DNA of 64,000 bases from Lingula anatina (taxonomy: Eukaryota; Animalia; Brachiopoda): NCBI GenBank assembly GCA_051362555.1, contig CM120640.1, positions 4,216,001 through 4,280,000 of the forward strand. The letters are read 5' to 3'. The number at the start of each line of letters is the position of its first letter. Within the stretch, counting starts at the first letter, position 1. Positions 14,001 through 26,200 of this stretch are shown piece after piece. The translations under genes were made by a program, and so were the position numbers. The notes under the pieces were generated by a model. It searched no databases. It saw nothing but the letters and a program-made list of their open reading frames with translations, and was not told the origin of the DNA.

Positions 14001-15186
14001 TGATATTACACGCAGATAAATGTTTACAATTAGTAACACTCTACAAATTTCAGTAATTAAAATCTTACTCAATGGAACCTTGGTGACCCGACCCCTCAAT
14101 AGTTTTAGCACCCCATCGTTGTTCTTGCTCACTGACATCATTCTGAAGACACAAAGGAAATTTCAACATTTAATTTAATAGTATGATATATGAAATTAAA
14201 ATACTAGTATGAATAAACCATTTGCAGATGATAAATGTAAAGTCCTTGAGATGACATCACAGAGGACATGAATACAAGGGCTTTTCAGCTCTTCCTTGCC
14301 ATTTAAGCTTGTTTGCGAAAGGAGTAAGAGCCTCTCTTAACCCCCCCCCCCCCCCCGCCCTTTTGAGTCAAAATGGTGATTTGAAGTATTGTAATAAGAA
14401 ATACATTTAGATGAAACATGACTAAGGTAAGCAAAACACATTGCCTTTGTAATAACTTTGTCTTATTATGCCGAAAAAAAAGCTCTCAAATAAGCATTGC
14501 AGTGTACTGTACGCAGTTATCAAGACCTACTGACAAAGTAATCCAACTTGTTTGTTGTAATTTATATCATTGTCCTCTATATCTGTAATGTCATTTTAAG
14601 GATGCTTTTTTGACTTCAAAATCTGCTATTAGTAATAGCCTGTTTCTGTCTGAACTCTCATAAATAATCCAGTAAAACAAAGAAGACTGTAACATACAAA
14701 AAAAGCTGTAACAGAGGTAAAATTTTAGTATTTTGATAAGATAAATACATAAGGGTAGTCTAGAGAAGATCTGAACTTGCTAAAGCTTCGCTTACTTAAA
14801 AGACATGAGGTGCATAATCAGTAAGTAAATTCTTAGCTTCACAGCTCAAGAAAACAATGTTATCTGAGATTTCACAATGATAACACTGTTGACAAGTGTA
14901 ATGGTGCTATAACATGCAAACAGGAAGAGATTTTAAATTATAAATTTATGCAAATTAATGTGACTTGACGTCCATTTCTGATACATTGTGTATTAATTTT
15001 TGTGTACAACAAACAAATAACATTCTTTGATTTTTTTCTTATATTCAGCAATCTCAAGATATGTTTGATTGCTAAAGCATACTTAAGGGAAATTTATAGT
15101 CAACCTACCACAAAATCTGGGTCAGTCTCCCAGTCATCATCATCATCATTAGCAACAGTTTTGATGTCCACTCCAGCCCTCCACAT
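8013..15186 (-). CDS. CTTN: Cortactin (Src substrate, Arp2/3 activator), ~552 aa, 15 coding exons
   Basis: Exons in transcript order: 15186-15109, 14142-14069, 13552-13423, 12595-12485, 11963-11909, 11707-11652, 11496-11442, 11190-11080, 10809-10699, 10444-10278, 10090-10024, 9824-9676, 9188-8831, 8478-8423, 8093-8013. All GT-AG and phase-consistent (1659 nt). N-terminal acidic [10 protein letters not shown] motif, 6.5 HS1/cortactin repeats ([19 protein letters not shown]), coiled coil, Pro/Glu/Tyr-rich linker, C-terminal SH3 ([14 protein letters not shown]...IDEGWWKG...[10 protein letters not shown]). Confidence 0.97.
13806..13973. mobile_element. MITE (non-autonomous DNA transposon) in a cortactin intron
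   Basis: Terminal inverted repeats CAGGCCTGTAGCCAG / CTGGCTACGGGCCTG, flanked by a CAATG direct repeat. Second copy at 18835-18954. Confidence 0.8.
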
Positions 15187-15888
15187 CTTGTCACTGTGAG
15201 TTTGATCTCCAGACTAAAATAAATCAAATCTTGAGTTAAATGTTTGGAAATTCTGCATATCTCCTCTTTGAGAGTGACAGGTTATATGTAACCCAATAAA
15301 ACTGAATATACACTATACAACAAACAATAAATAAAGTTTTTGTTTACACAAACAATACTGGTAGATGTGTGTTGTGCAGCCCATTTTCTACTAAACATGG
15401 AGTGGAGTTAGAGGTATAAAGACCAGGGCTAAGACAGGTTGCTCTCTCTATAATAACATTCGCTTCTTGTGAAGTCACAGCACTAAATGTATGTACCAGT
15501 ACAGTGCAGTACAAATTAATTAAGCTATCCTACAACTTAAATGGCAAAACAATATAAACTATGACCCCTGTACCTTTACCTAATGAACATTAAAACATAT
15601 ATTTATATCATTTTAAAAGCCGACAAACAATCTAAATTTAGTGACCAACAATCATTAACTGAGTCAGTGACTAAATGATTCATTCATGAAAGAGACAGAC
15701 TTGAATGTTAAACACACCACCCGGTGTACCAAACACTTCCTCACTATAATCGCCATAAGCCGTGTATAAATCAAAATTTCGATACAATATGCAAGTGGGA
15801 GCGATTTAAAGAAGCCATCTGTTCATACTATTCCATGCAATTTGAACATTCAAATGCGTTTAATTAAAACACGTCGACTTTACTTACT

Positions 15889-16540
15889 CTTACCGTGTTC
15901 AATCCAACGACCACACTTCCTTATTGCTGTCACGTGATCGACAGTACTTCCGCAGTTTCTTTAGACAGAGATTGTAATTTTGTATAACTTTGATTTACTG
16001 GGATTATCTATTCTTAACTTTAATATGAACACTATTTTTCCCAAAATAGATAAATACCAAAATATTACGGGCTTTGTTGAGTAACCGCCCACTTCGAACT
16101 ACTTGAAGCGATTTACTGGCGCCACCTACAATCATCAAGATAAGCTCGTGCAGCACCAGGCTGCTCCTCTGACTACAGCACATTGCAACAGGTGCGTTAT
16201 AATAATGTTATGTTTATAGAGCTGATTGAGTCTAGATGTGATAAGCTTTGTACAGTTGAACATCGGTATGGACGTCACACATCGTCAGTGACCTGAAGGT
16301 GGGATTATCTTAAGGGATTATCTGAAGGGGAATATCTGGGCCACAAAGACGTTTTTTTCTCTCAGGATTAGAGGTCTTGCAGGAGATGTGCGCCGGAGAA
16401 ATCTGACTAGCGACACAACAACAATATCATTGCGTTTTGCAACAACTGAAAGCATAGTAATCGGAGTCGACAAAAAGAAATTTACACATGCTCGGAGCTT
16501 TTGCAGTGAACAATTAAACCGCAAGTTTACGTAAGTCTGC
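15889..16540. promoter_or_regulatory. Putative shared (head-to-head) promoter region of cortactin and the GMC oxidoreductase
   Basis: Minus-strand donor G|GTAAGA at 15894-15889 (likely non-coding cortactin exon 1). E-box CACGTG at 15931 and ETS-like ACTTCCG at 15946. Local CpG enrichment. Plus-strand donors at 16192 (CAG|GTGCGT) and 16531 (GTAAGT). Confidence 0.45.
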
Positions 16541-16779
16541 AAAAGGTATTTTTCTATGAGTAAATGGTGTGCATTAATATCTGCTTTCAGGAGTAGGATA
16601 TTTGTGTATGCCTTTGGCACTGTAGTGTATGTTTTTTCGCCGGCTGAACCATTGTAGTTCTCAACACTGGTACTAATGGAAGTACAGGTAAAAGAGACCT
16701 GCTGACTCGCCTTTTATAGGCCTACCCTGAGACTCCCAACAAAAAAGTAGGCCTACGTCCTGTACTTTATATATATATT

Positions 16780-16780
<1 letters not shown>

Positions 16781-16832
<52 letters not shown>
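16781..16832. repeat. Compound (AT)n(AG)n microsatellite
   Basis: Seen directly. Confidence 0.9.
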
Positions 16833-16835
<3 letters not shown>

Positions 16836-18834
16836 TTGATTTAATTGCTTTTAATTGGTTTTCAGTGTTTATCTTTAGATTTGAAAGATTGATGTTTTTT
16901 TAACAGTAAGCTCCATTGTTTTCTGTATTACTTTTCAGTTTGATTTTGAAATTGTGTTGACTTGAATGACTTGAATCGATGTAATATATAGGGCCGACCA
17001 AATAACTTGATTGAAGCCAAAAAGTTCAAAAGCACAGTTTACTTTATTTTAGGAAAGAGCATAATTAACTAAAAAAACTTATAAGGATGTGTTGTGACAA
17101 AATGTCGAATGGCTAATTGATATGATTCTTTTTTGTTCATAAGGACATGGAATTAAGTAATCTGCTGGTTTTGAAGGATACACACTCATTTTTTCATGTG
17201 TCTTTTATTATTAGAATTGACTCAAATTGCAGCTTTTGTATGGGGATGTTGTTAAAATCCCTGAATTTGTTGACTTTTAATGCATACATTTTATTTTTTA
17301 TTTTTTCTTTCAAATGTCCATTGCAGCTACGTTTTTATCAGTCTTCAAGAGAGGTTTCATAGTATAAATTACGAGGGTTTATTAATCTGGAATAAACAAG
17401 TGATTAATTGCTGTCTGAATAGGATGGATCTTTTGTTCTTGACACTTGTCATTGTATATTAACAAACCAACTCTAAGACCAGTGGTCATTACTGACACTA
17501 ATTAGGTTATCCATTGCATGGGCATAATTCTAGTTGTCTTCATTCCTGCAAATGTATTACTTATGATCTATATGAATTATAGTTGATATTCTAGTCTACT
17601 TTATCATGAACACTTGGAGAATTTATGATTCCCTGTTGTTATTATAGAAACATCTTGAGTAGTTTTCCTTCATTTGGAGACAGGTAATATGCAGGTCTGG
17701 TAAATAATAGATATCATGAGGATAGAGGTAACTGATATTTTGATTGCTTGGCTGAACTTAAAAAGAAAATTGAGGTGAGATGTTGATAGTGAACACTAAC
17801 CTTTGTGAAAGCCATAGGGAGCCAATTATTGGCACGAAATGCTCAATAAATCTGATTTTTCTTTATTGTCTTATGTCAGGACTTCCTCATTTATTCCTTC
17901 ACTGGAAGAACTGTACCCAACTGGGTATGTCAATTTTTTTTAGTCCTCAAATTATTTCTTTACCACCCCTCCATTGGTTTGCCTGATTTAAAGGTTTGAT
18001 GGTTTTTTACTAACAGAGTCTATATGATGTAGAAATGATATGCTGGCCTTTTACACAGTTGATCAATTACAAAACTCTTTTAATTTTGATAAGAAAAGCC
18101 CCCTTTGAAAAATACTATTCATAAAATAAAGAGGGAATAAAAACAACAAAAATAAATTGGTGTGCCTAATTCAAGCAGTGGATGGAGGCTGCGATATCTA
18201 TTTTCTCCCTGCCTGTTCCTGTCACCATACCAGTTGTTTGATGATAAATGTGAGAATTCTCATCTTACAGTGCTTCCTTGGGAAAACAATTTTCTGGGAC
18301 AATTGATTTAAATGTCACGATTTCTTGGAAAACTCTTTTATATTGCATGCTTGCCATGATCAATCTTTTTAAATGATTTGACGCATTCCTCTGTTGTTTG
18401 CGTTTCCTTGGGCAAATTTATACTTCATTCTTGAAATAAAAAGATGTTAGTAAATAAGAAGTCATCTGAATTAAACTTGGTTTTTAAAACGGGCTATAAT
18501 CAAATAGTGTTGATTGATAAATTGCCAGTTCTCTTTCATTCTTATGTTAATTTGGCTGTGTATATTGCAAATGAAAGTTTACATAATTATTAAAGTGTTT
18601 TGTTTTGGCAAATTTTGTAAACTGTATAGCTTTCACTTAAAATCTTAAATAAAATTATGAATTCAATGTTTAAATAGATCGAATTGCTGAGGTCATATCA
18701 GGGCTTGAGATAAAACTATTTTCAGGCACTTGCCATTTGAAAATCTATTTCATTGCTACTTTTCTCTCCAAAATTAATATTTTTTTAAAACTTGGGAAGG
18801 GAGATTCAGATATTGGTGGTGGAGTTAGTTGAGC

Positions 18835-18954
18835 CAGGCCCGTAGCCAGGGGGGGTTCGGGGGGTTTGATCTAGGTACATGAAGTTTTTATGGAAAAAGG
18901 TCCACTTTTTCAGAAAAAAAAAACCCCCTTTTGAAATTGCTGGCTATGGGCCTG
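18835..18954. mobile_element. Internally deleted copy of the 13806-13973 MITE
   Basis: Same TIRs (CAGGCCCGTAGCCAG / CTGGCTATGGGCCTG) and near-identical internal sequence. Flanks TGAGC / TGGGC. Confidence 0.8.
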
Positions 18955-19413
18955 TGGGCATTTATATCAACTTAGTATGAAGCTCAACTGAGTAAAGTGA
19001 CCAAACCAGTCTGATGTGTAGTTATGCATATCACATCACATCACAGTAATCAACTAGTAAGGAACAGACAAAGATCCAGACAGATTGACATCTCCTGAAC
19101 ACCAACAGGTTCATTAGAAGTTACCTTAACAATTAACTCATACACTAGGCTGTTTAATTGTACTGACAGGGTGTAGCACTAGCACTTATTTTATATACTT
19201 GGATTGGACATCAATATTATCTTTATGGGTGAAAGATTTAATAAATTGAAGTAAATTGAATAGGTGAAAGATTACTGGAATAATTATGTAAGTTAGAATG
19301 ATTGCAAGTCAGGTGACCCCTGTTACCTGTCAGTCAAAGCATAACAATAAGAACTTTCCTACCCCTACTGTAAACTATCCAGTAAAAAATTAGACAGTAT
19401 CACCAAAAGTGTG

Positions 19414-19647
19414 ATTACCTCTGCCAAGGAGGTTGTTTTCACCCCTGTTTGTTTGTTTGTCTGTCTGTCTGTCATCAACATAACTCAAAAAGTTATGGAC
19501 CGATTTTGATGAAATTTTCAGGAACTGTCAGAAGTGGGCCAAGGAACAGATGATTAGTTTTTGGTGGTGATCCAGATCAATAATCAATCAATAATAAAAA
19601 ATTGCTGCCTTGGCGGACCTCTGCGCTCTCAGAGTGCTTTTCTAGTT
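19414..19647 (+). mobile_element. Helentron-associated non-autonomous element (HINE/DINE-1-like)
   Basis: 5' TTACCTCTGCCAAGG with its inverted complement CCTTGGCGGA near the 3' end, internal (GTTT)n(GTCT)n microsatellite, 3' hairpin GCGCTCTCAGAGTGC and TTCTAGTT end. This is the typical HINE layout. Confidence 0.7.
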
Positions 19648-19967
19648 ATCATTGTTCTTATAGGCAGTAGGAGATAGTTTGAAAGAAGTCCTCCTGAGAC
19701 ACTGAAGCAGACCAGACATACACTAGACCAGTGTAACTGAAATATTAAATTAACTATTTTTATTGTTGAACTACAGAAGAGTCCAGTTTTGCTCTATGTA
19801 ACACCAATAGGTATGCCAAGGCCTGCATTGGTTCCAAGTTGCATTTTATGACTGCTTAAGACCATATATAAAATAACATACTGTAGATAGAAAATAAACC
19901 AGTATTGTTGTAATAAAAGAGAAATAGTATCTTTGCCTTGGAGATGTTCTTTTATATTACAGATGGT

Positions 19968-20150
19968 ATGACAATGGGCTGGAAGTTCACAGGGTCAATA
20001 GTTGTGGCAGTGGTCGCTGTCTTTGTGTATTGGAAGGTGTTCTCTGGACCATCAAGAATTGTTGAAATCTTAGATGAGGAGTATGATTATATCATTGGTG
20101 AGAAGAATGCTTAGACTTACATAGCTTATAAAATATCGGTGACTGAATAT

Positions 20151-20231
<81 letters not shown>

Positions 20232-23200
20232 TTTAATTTATTAGCCATCTCCATTTTTAAAAAACAAGCTGATGTTATTTGAATTATAGTTTTCTCTTGA
20301 TAGGGCTACGCTGATTTTATTTTAAGGATTTTAAGTGATTTATTGTTAGAGACCAGTTACTTTAAGATTCCCCAGCAGATTGAAAAATGTGAAATCTGTA
20401 GCTGTGTACATAAATTCAGTTGCCATTCTAAATTTATCCAAAAATCAAACAAAGGTACAAAAGCATCTTTCACTTCCTGCACAGAACTATTTGAGGGCAT
20501 ACCTGTGAATAAATGTGTTTATTATATATTTGGGAGAAAAGCTTTTACAGGTACACTTTCAAAAGTTTTTGTAAAGAGTAAAAAGTTTAATTTTTTTTTC
20601 TCAGCATGATCCATTTGATTCTGTTGACTTGATAAACCCAAATGTTTTTGGCTATAACTTTCAAGCTCCCTCCACAGCATTTTCCTCATCATTGTATACT
20701 TGTATATAGTAAAACCAGATTTTTTTTTAGTTGGTGCAGGATCTGCAGGCTGTGTGTTGGCCAACAGATTGTCTGAGGATTCAGATTCCAAAGTACTGCT
20801 AGTGGAAGCAGGAGGGGAGGAGAAATGGAACCTGTTGATTGACATCCCCTTGTTAACTCCAATGACACAACTCAGTGATATTGATTGGCAGTTTAAGACA
20901 GTTCCCCAGCAACATGCCTGCAAAGGAATGCATAACAATGTAAGGATGCCATGTGTTGTTTCTTTATTAGGTACAGTTGTATTTATATGTTGTAACTCAG
21001 ATTACATTGGTCTTTATATTTTTTGTCACTATATGGACATGTCTTTTGTCTTTGTTTAGGAGACAGATAAGAAAAAAAATATCTCACAAGGTTATCAAAA
21101 TTTCCAGAATTCGGTAATTTCTGTCTGAAGCTTGATTGAATGTTACAGAAAGGTTGCATTAATAACTATATCATACTAAAGTAGATCTGGTTTAAAAGCA
21201 GCTAACTACTCTATCTGGGTCACAGCAACAGAAAGCATAAAAATTAACATCTTAAATTTCATAATATGAAGATATTTTAATATATATTTCCAAGCAATGT
21301 CGGTGGCCAAGGGGTAAAGTCCTAGGGGGCAGCAGTTGTCTTAATTACATGATTTATATTCGTGGGAGTCGACATGACTTTGACCAATGGGCTGCCAGTG
21401 GCTGTGAAGGATGGGGCTACGATGACGTTCTTCCATATTTTATGAAATCTGAGGATAACACAAATGCAGAATATGCAAATTCAGGTGATAATGCAGAAAA
21501 AAAATTTTTTCAGTGAAAAGTTTAAAGTGCACTCTCCTAGACAAGAAATAGATAAATGAACCCACAAAAATGCTTACCTTAGACTATTTGTAATTGGTAT
21601 CATATTTTAATTTTATAGGAACCAGTGCCCTGTTTGCCTAAGGTGATTTTAGATTATCTTGTTTGTGGTATAGCACAAAATTGGTAGTAACTCATATAAT
21701 TTGTTTTTAAGGTTTTCACGGTAAGGGAGGCCCTCTGACAGTGTCAGATTCCAACGTAACAGAACTGACATCTTATTTTCTTGAATCTGCCAAAGAGCTC
21801 AACTACCCAGTGATAGATGTCAATGGAGAGTCACAAATAGGTAAGTGCTGGTGCAATGGTAATAGATCAATATGAACTGTGCCTTTGAAAAATACCAAAT
21901 ATTAGTACTAGTAGGTGTGTGGTAAAGAAGGAATAGCATGTCATTAAATTAAAAACTTTTAATTTAGACCCAAAAGTGTCAAAAGTTCAAATATTTTGAG
22001 AGTTGTATTCCAGAGTTGTAACTGCTTGCAAATTAAGGCCTTTTCCACAATTTTATCAACTAATTTACATATCATGCCATTTAACTTAACTTTTAAAACA
22101 AACAAGTTATAATTCAGCATAATTCATATATACATACTGCATATGACTGATAACCTAAAAAATTGATGTCCACAGGATTTATGCACTCCCAGGCCACTGT
22201 GAATAAGGGTGTGCGCCAAAGTACTGCTAAAGCTTTTCTACGACCAGCAATGGATAGAGAAAATCTCCACATATCCATCAAATCACATACAAAAAGGGTG
22301 AATATTCACTATCTATTTACTTTGCAAGAATGTGTGTGCATGTAAGTGTGTGTGTGTGTGTGTGTTCTCTAGGCTCAGTTATAAGTGACATGTGGATGAT
22401 GGATGTCAGTTTTAGCAATGTCAGAAACTGAGGGTGCTGTATAAAACTGTCGTGAAGTGCTTTTCTTGGATATATCTTTTTATTCTCAGGTTCTGATTGA
22501 AAACAAGAAGGCAGTGGGTATAGAATTTATCAAGGATGGAACTCTCCGGAAAGTCAAAGCAAGAAAGGAAGTAATTCTGTCTGCAGGGTCAATTGGTTCA
22601 CCCCACATACTGCTGCTGTCAGGTGTTGGGCCCAAAGAACATCTGAGAAAATTCCAGGTAAAAGAATTTCTACAGCTGTGGCTTAGTCTGGATAACTATC
22701 CCATCCTTTGGATTGAAGAAAGAAAATATTTTTAAGTATCAGTTGCTAGATTTGCAGTAGCAAAATTTAATTGGTTGAAAAGATTTTGCAATAAGCATGA
22801 AATAACAATACTATTATTGTTGGAAACCATGTATAATGTAATTGAATTGAACCTGCAGATATATTCAGTTCAACAAATAAGAATGAGAAAAAAAACATTA
22901 CTAATCATTATTAGATCTCTCTCTCTGATCAGATGTAAATAAAGTCTACTGTATGTAGCAGTTATTATTATTATTATTACTATTATTACTATTATTATTA
23001 TAAAATATTTATACACAGATCCCAGTAGAGGCTGATCTCCCAGTGGGTGAGAACCTAGAAGACCACATCATGACTGACATTGCCACGTTCCTAATTGATA
23101 AACCTCTGAGCATAACAGAGGACAAAGTGCTGTCTGTTTCTTCCTTTTTTGATTACCTGCTTTATGGTAAAGGTATGGTGTCTGAGGACAACATGTTTGT

Positions 23201-26200
23201 TTGTTTGTTTTTATGTGTATGTTTTGTGTTTCAAGCATTTTAAGTGCATAGCTGAGTATTGATTAAGGTCATCAGGGAGGGTTATAATTAAATTGGCTTT
23301 GCTGTATTCCTGCATTACCTGTTTATGACTGAGGTTTTCCAGCTGTCGTGTTTTGCTAAAATTTAATATCATGTTGAAGAATACAGTTATTAATTATGAA
23401 GGATATAGAAATATTTGCCATGTATCAAATTACCCAGAAAATTGAATCAGTTTCTTGCTGATAAATATCTTATTTGACAGAAAATTGAATACACCTATTT
23501 GATGTTCAACAGTGACTGTTTTTTCATAAATGTAATTATCTTAAATATGTTCTGTTGTGTAAAAATTTCCAATAAAAATGTTGTAAAATCTGCTTTAGAA
23601 AGTGTCTTATTAGATCTAATAGGATTGTTGGATTAAATTGAATTACCTACCTGTTAGATTCCTATTTGATTCCTGTTGAAAATGATTTTAGTTATGTCCA
23701 TTAAAGTTGAGTCAGTTTTTTTAAGTACAAATTTTCATGGGTTCATATAGGGAATAATATTCCATTTCTTTTATAGATGACTGTAGGTTTCCTATATAAT
23801 TTTTTATTGGATCCAATAGGAAATTTTTTAAATAGCTGGTGTTTCTAGATTTTGTTCTAAGTCAAATTATGGATTGACCTTAATGTATGCTTAGCTATCT
23901 CTTTAAGTTGAAGTCAATTTCTTTAATTTGTCTTAGTTATAATCATCTTTATGTTTTCATCTTTTAAATTTTTCAATTTATAATTTTTTAGTCAGTCTTC
24001 ACATTTTTAAGTGTATTTGTAATACTATGTTAAACTTTCTAACATTTTGTAGTAATTTTAATTGTTATTAAAAATGATCTTTTTTATACCTCTTAATACA
24101 TATATAACCTTTGATAACCATATATTATGTACACTCTGCCTAATACATTAACCTTCTTCCATGTACATGCTTACACTCTAAGGGACCATTCCCAGACTCT
24201 ATCGACTAACTATGGATCGATCTATCTCCAAGGGTATTCTTGCTAAAGTGCAATCAACTTAAGCAGCTTATATGTCTGTCATGCCTATCGAAGCTGCTAG
24301 GGGGTAATTAATTATCATTCAGCAGCTGCAGTTGGCGTGCCAGACATCAAAGCTGCTTAAGCTGAAAGCAATTTAACAAGAAACCCCTTGAAGATGGATT
24401 GATCCTGTTAGATCGATCTAGATATAGGAACACAGTCTAACTTGCATGTCTGATGCTGTTGGACTAAACTTGGCATCGGTACTTACCAAAAAAAAAAAAA
24501 AAAAAACTAATAAATAAAACCAAGGCATTCTTCACCTTATCCACTTTGAGAGGTCCCAACAGAGCAAGAGGGATTTTTACTCCTTTACACAAGTTCATTT
24601 CTCCAAAAGTTCCCTCCCTAACTTGGCCATATCATGCAAAGGGCAGGGTCAGTTAAGGTGACTCTCTTACACAATAGGCTAGCTATTTAGTTGTCAATCT
24701 CTCAAAGTGCGTACAGGTCAAGATAAGTGTACCCTTCAATGTGAAAAGGGCCTTACTATACAGTTACGAAGTTATCTAATGTACACCATTCTTATGCTGT
24801 TGGCTGCAATTCCAGCTAAGGTAAACACAACTAGCTTTTGTCAAATAGTGTCACCTGAAAAAAAAAATACATCATCTCCTCCAGAGTTTAATCCACAATG
24901 TATTAAAAATCCACTTTTGGCATGGGAGTATTGGATGTCCTTAACCAACTTGATCTCTGCTGAAACATTAAATTTAATAACTACTGACACTAAGATCATT
25001 TTTGTCACAACTTTCCATCAGTCCTATTGTCTGGGTATTCAAAATAATGTAGCTGGGTATTTAAAATAACGTAACTGTAACCAACCCTTTTTTGCCTGGT
25101 TTCCAATGAAATAAACACAACAAATGATAATTAAAGATGCAGTGTATTTTTTAGTCTAAATGTTGCTGCCATAAATACCACATGAGAAACCATGAAGATG
25201 ATTTAGAGCTCAAGTGCCTTCTGTTGTAGGTGTGATAGGGTCTAATGGTGTAGCAGGGAGTGGGTTTGCACCATTAAAACATGTCACTCTAGCTGGTGGC
25301 AAGAATCCTGAAGTAGAGCTATTCATGATATTAGGAACATACGGGAGCTCTGGAAAAAAAGATCTTAATCCCTTTTTTCAAGCAATGCATTTTAAACCAG
25401 AGGTACAAAGGTGTATGTTTATGGTAACACAGCATGGATGTTTTTTTTTTCCTCTGAGCAATTTGTTTGTCTACTATGCCTCTTGTTACGTCAATTAAGG
25501 CTTATTGACAGATAAGTTTCCTAACCCCCTCTCTCTGGATGCATGCTTATTACAAGGCAGCTGGAATGGAAATTGCAATTACTTTACTTGATGTAACTAT
25601 GTCCCTGGTTAATAATTGCATAGTGAATGTCTTTCAGTATTAGTTGTTTTTCTATGTATGTCACCAGAATTTCTCCGAGTTGATGCTGGAATTGTTCGTT
25701 TTGCACATTTCATGTCATGCTGTTGCTTTTTAATTTGCACTTTAACATGCTGGCATGACTCAAGGTACTAAACAAAATGTCACATAGATCAGCTTGTTTA
25801 TAAATAGTTTTACTGGTCTTATTTGTTGGCATTTTCTGCATTTAGCATATTTTGATGTATTTCAATCACCTTCAAAAAGAAGGCAAATGTTTGCACATCA
25901 GTTGGAAATAGTTAATCCACTAGCTATAGCCTAGGTGGTTGAGAAGTCAAGTTGCAGTGATATAAAAAAAGTCACCATTATGCTTTTGCATTCTTTTAAA
26001 TGCTGTGTCTTTTCTTTCATTATTTTTTATTTATTCATTATTATTATTTTGATTTTTCCTGTACTCTAATGCTGCTATAGAAATCTGTTAATATCTGACA
26101 AACAGTGTGAAAATAGGCCTAATGAGGTTTTATACTAAAAGTATAACCTTCTGTTTTTATTGCCCTTATAAATAACAGGCTATTTTATGTGGGTGGCTTC

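Noticed and set aside
24707-25069. 120-aa ORF inside the GMC variable region as another variable exon
   Set aside because: No similarity to exons 8A-8E in that frame and no phase-0 donor before the stop.
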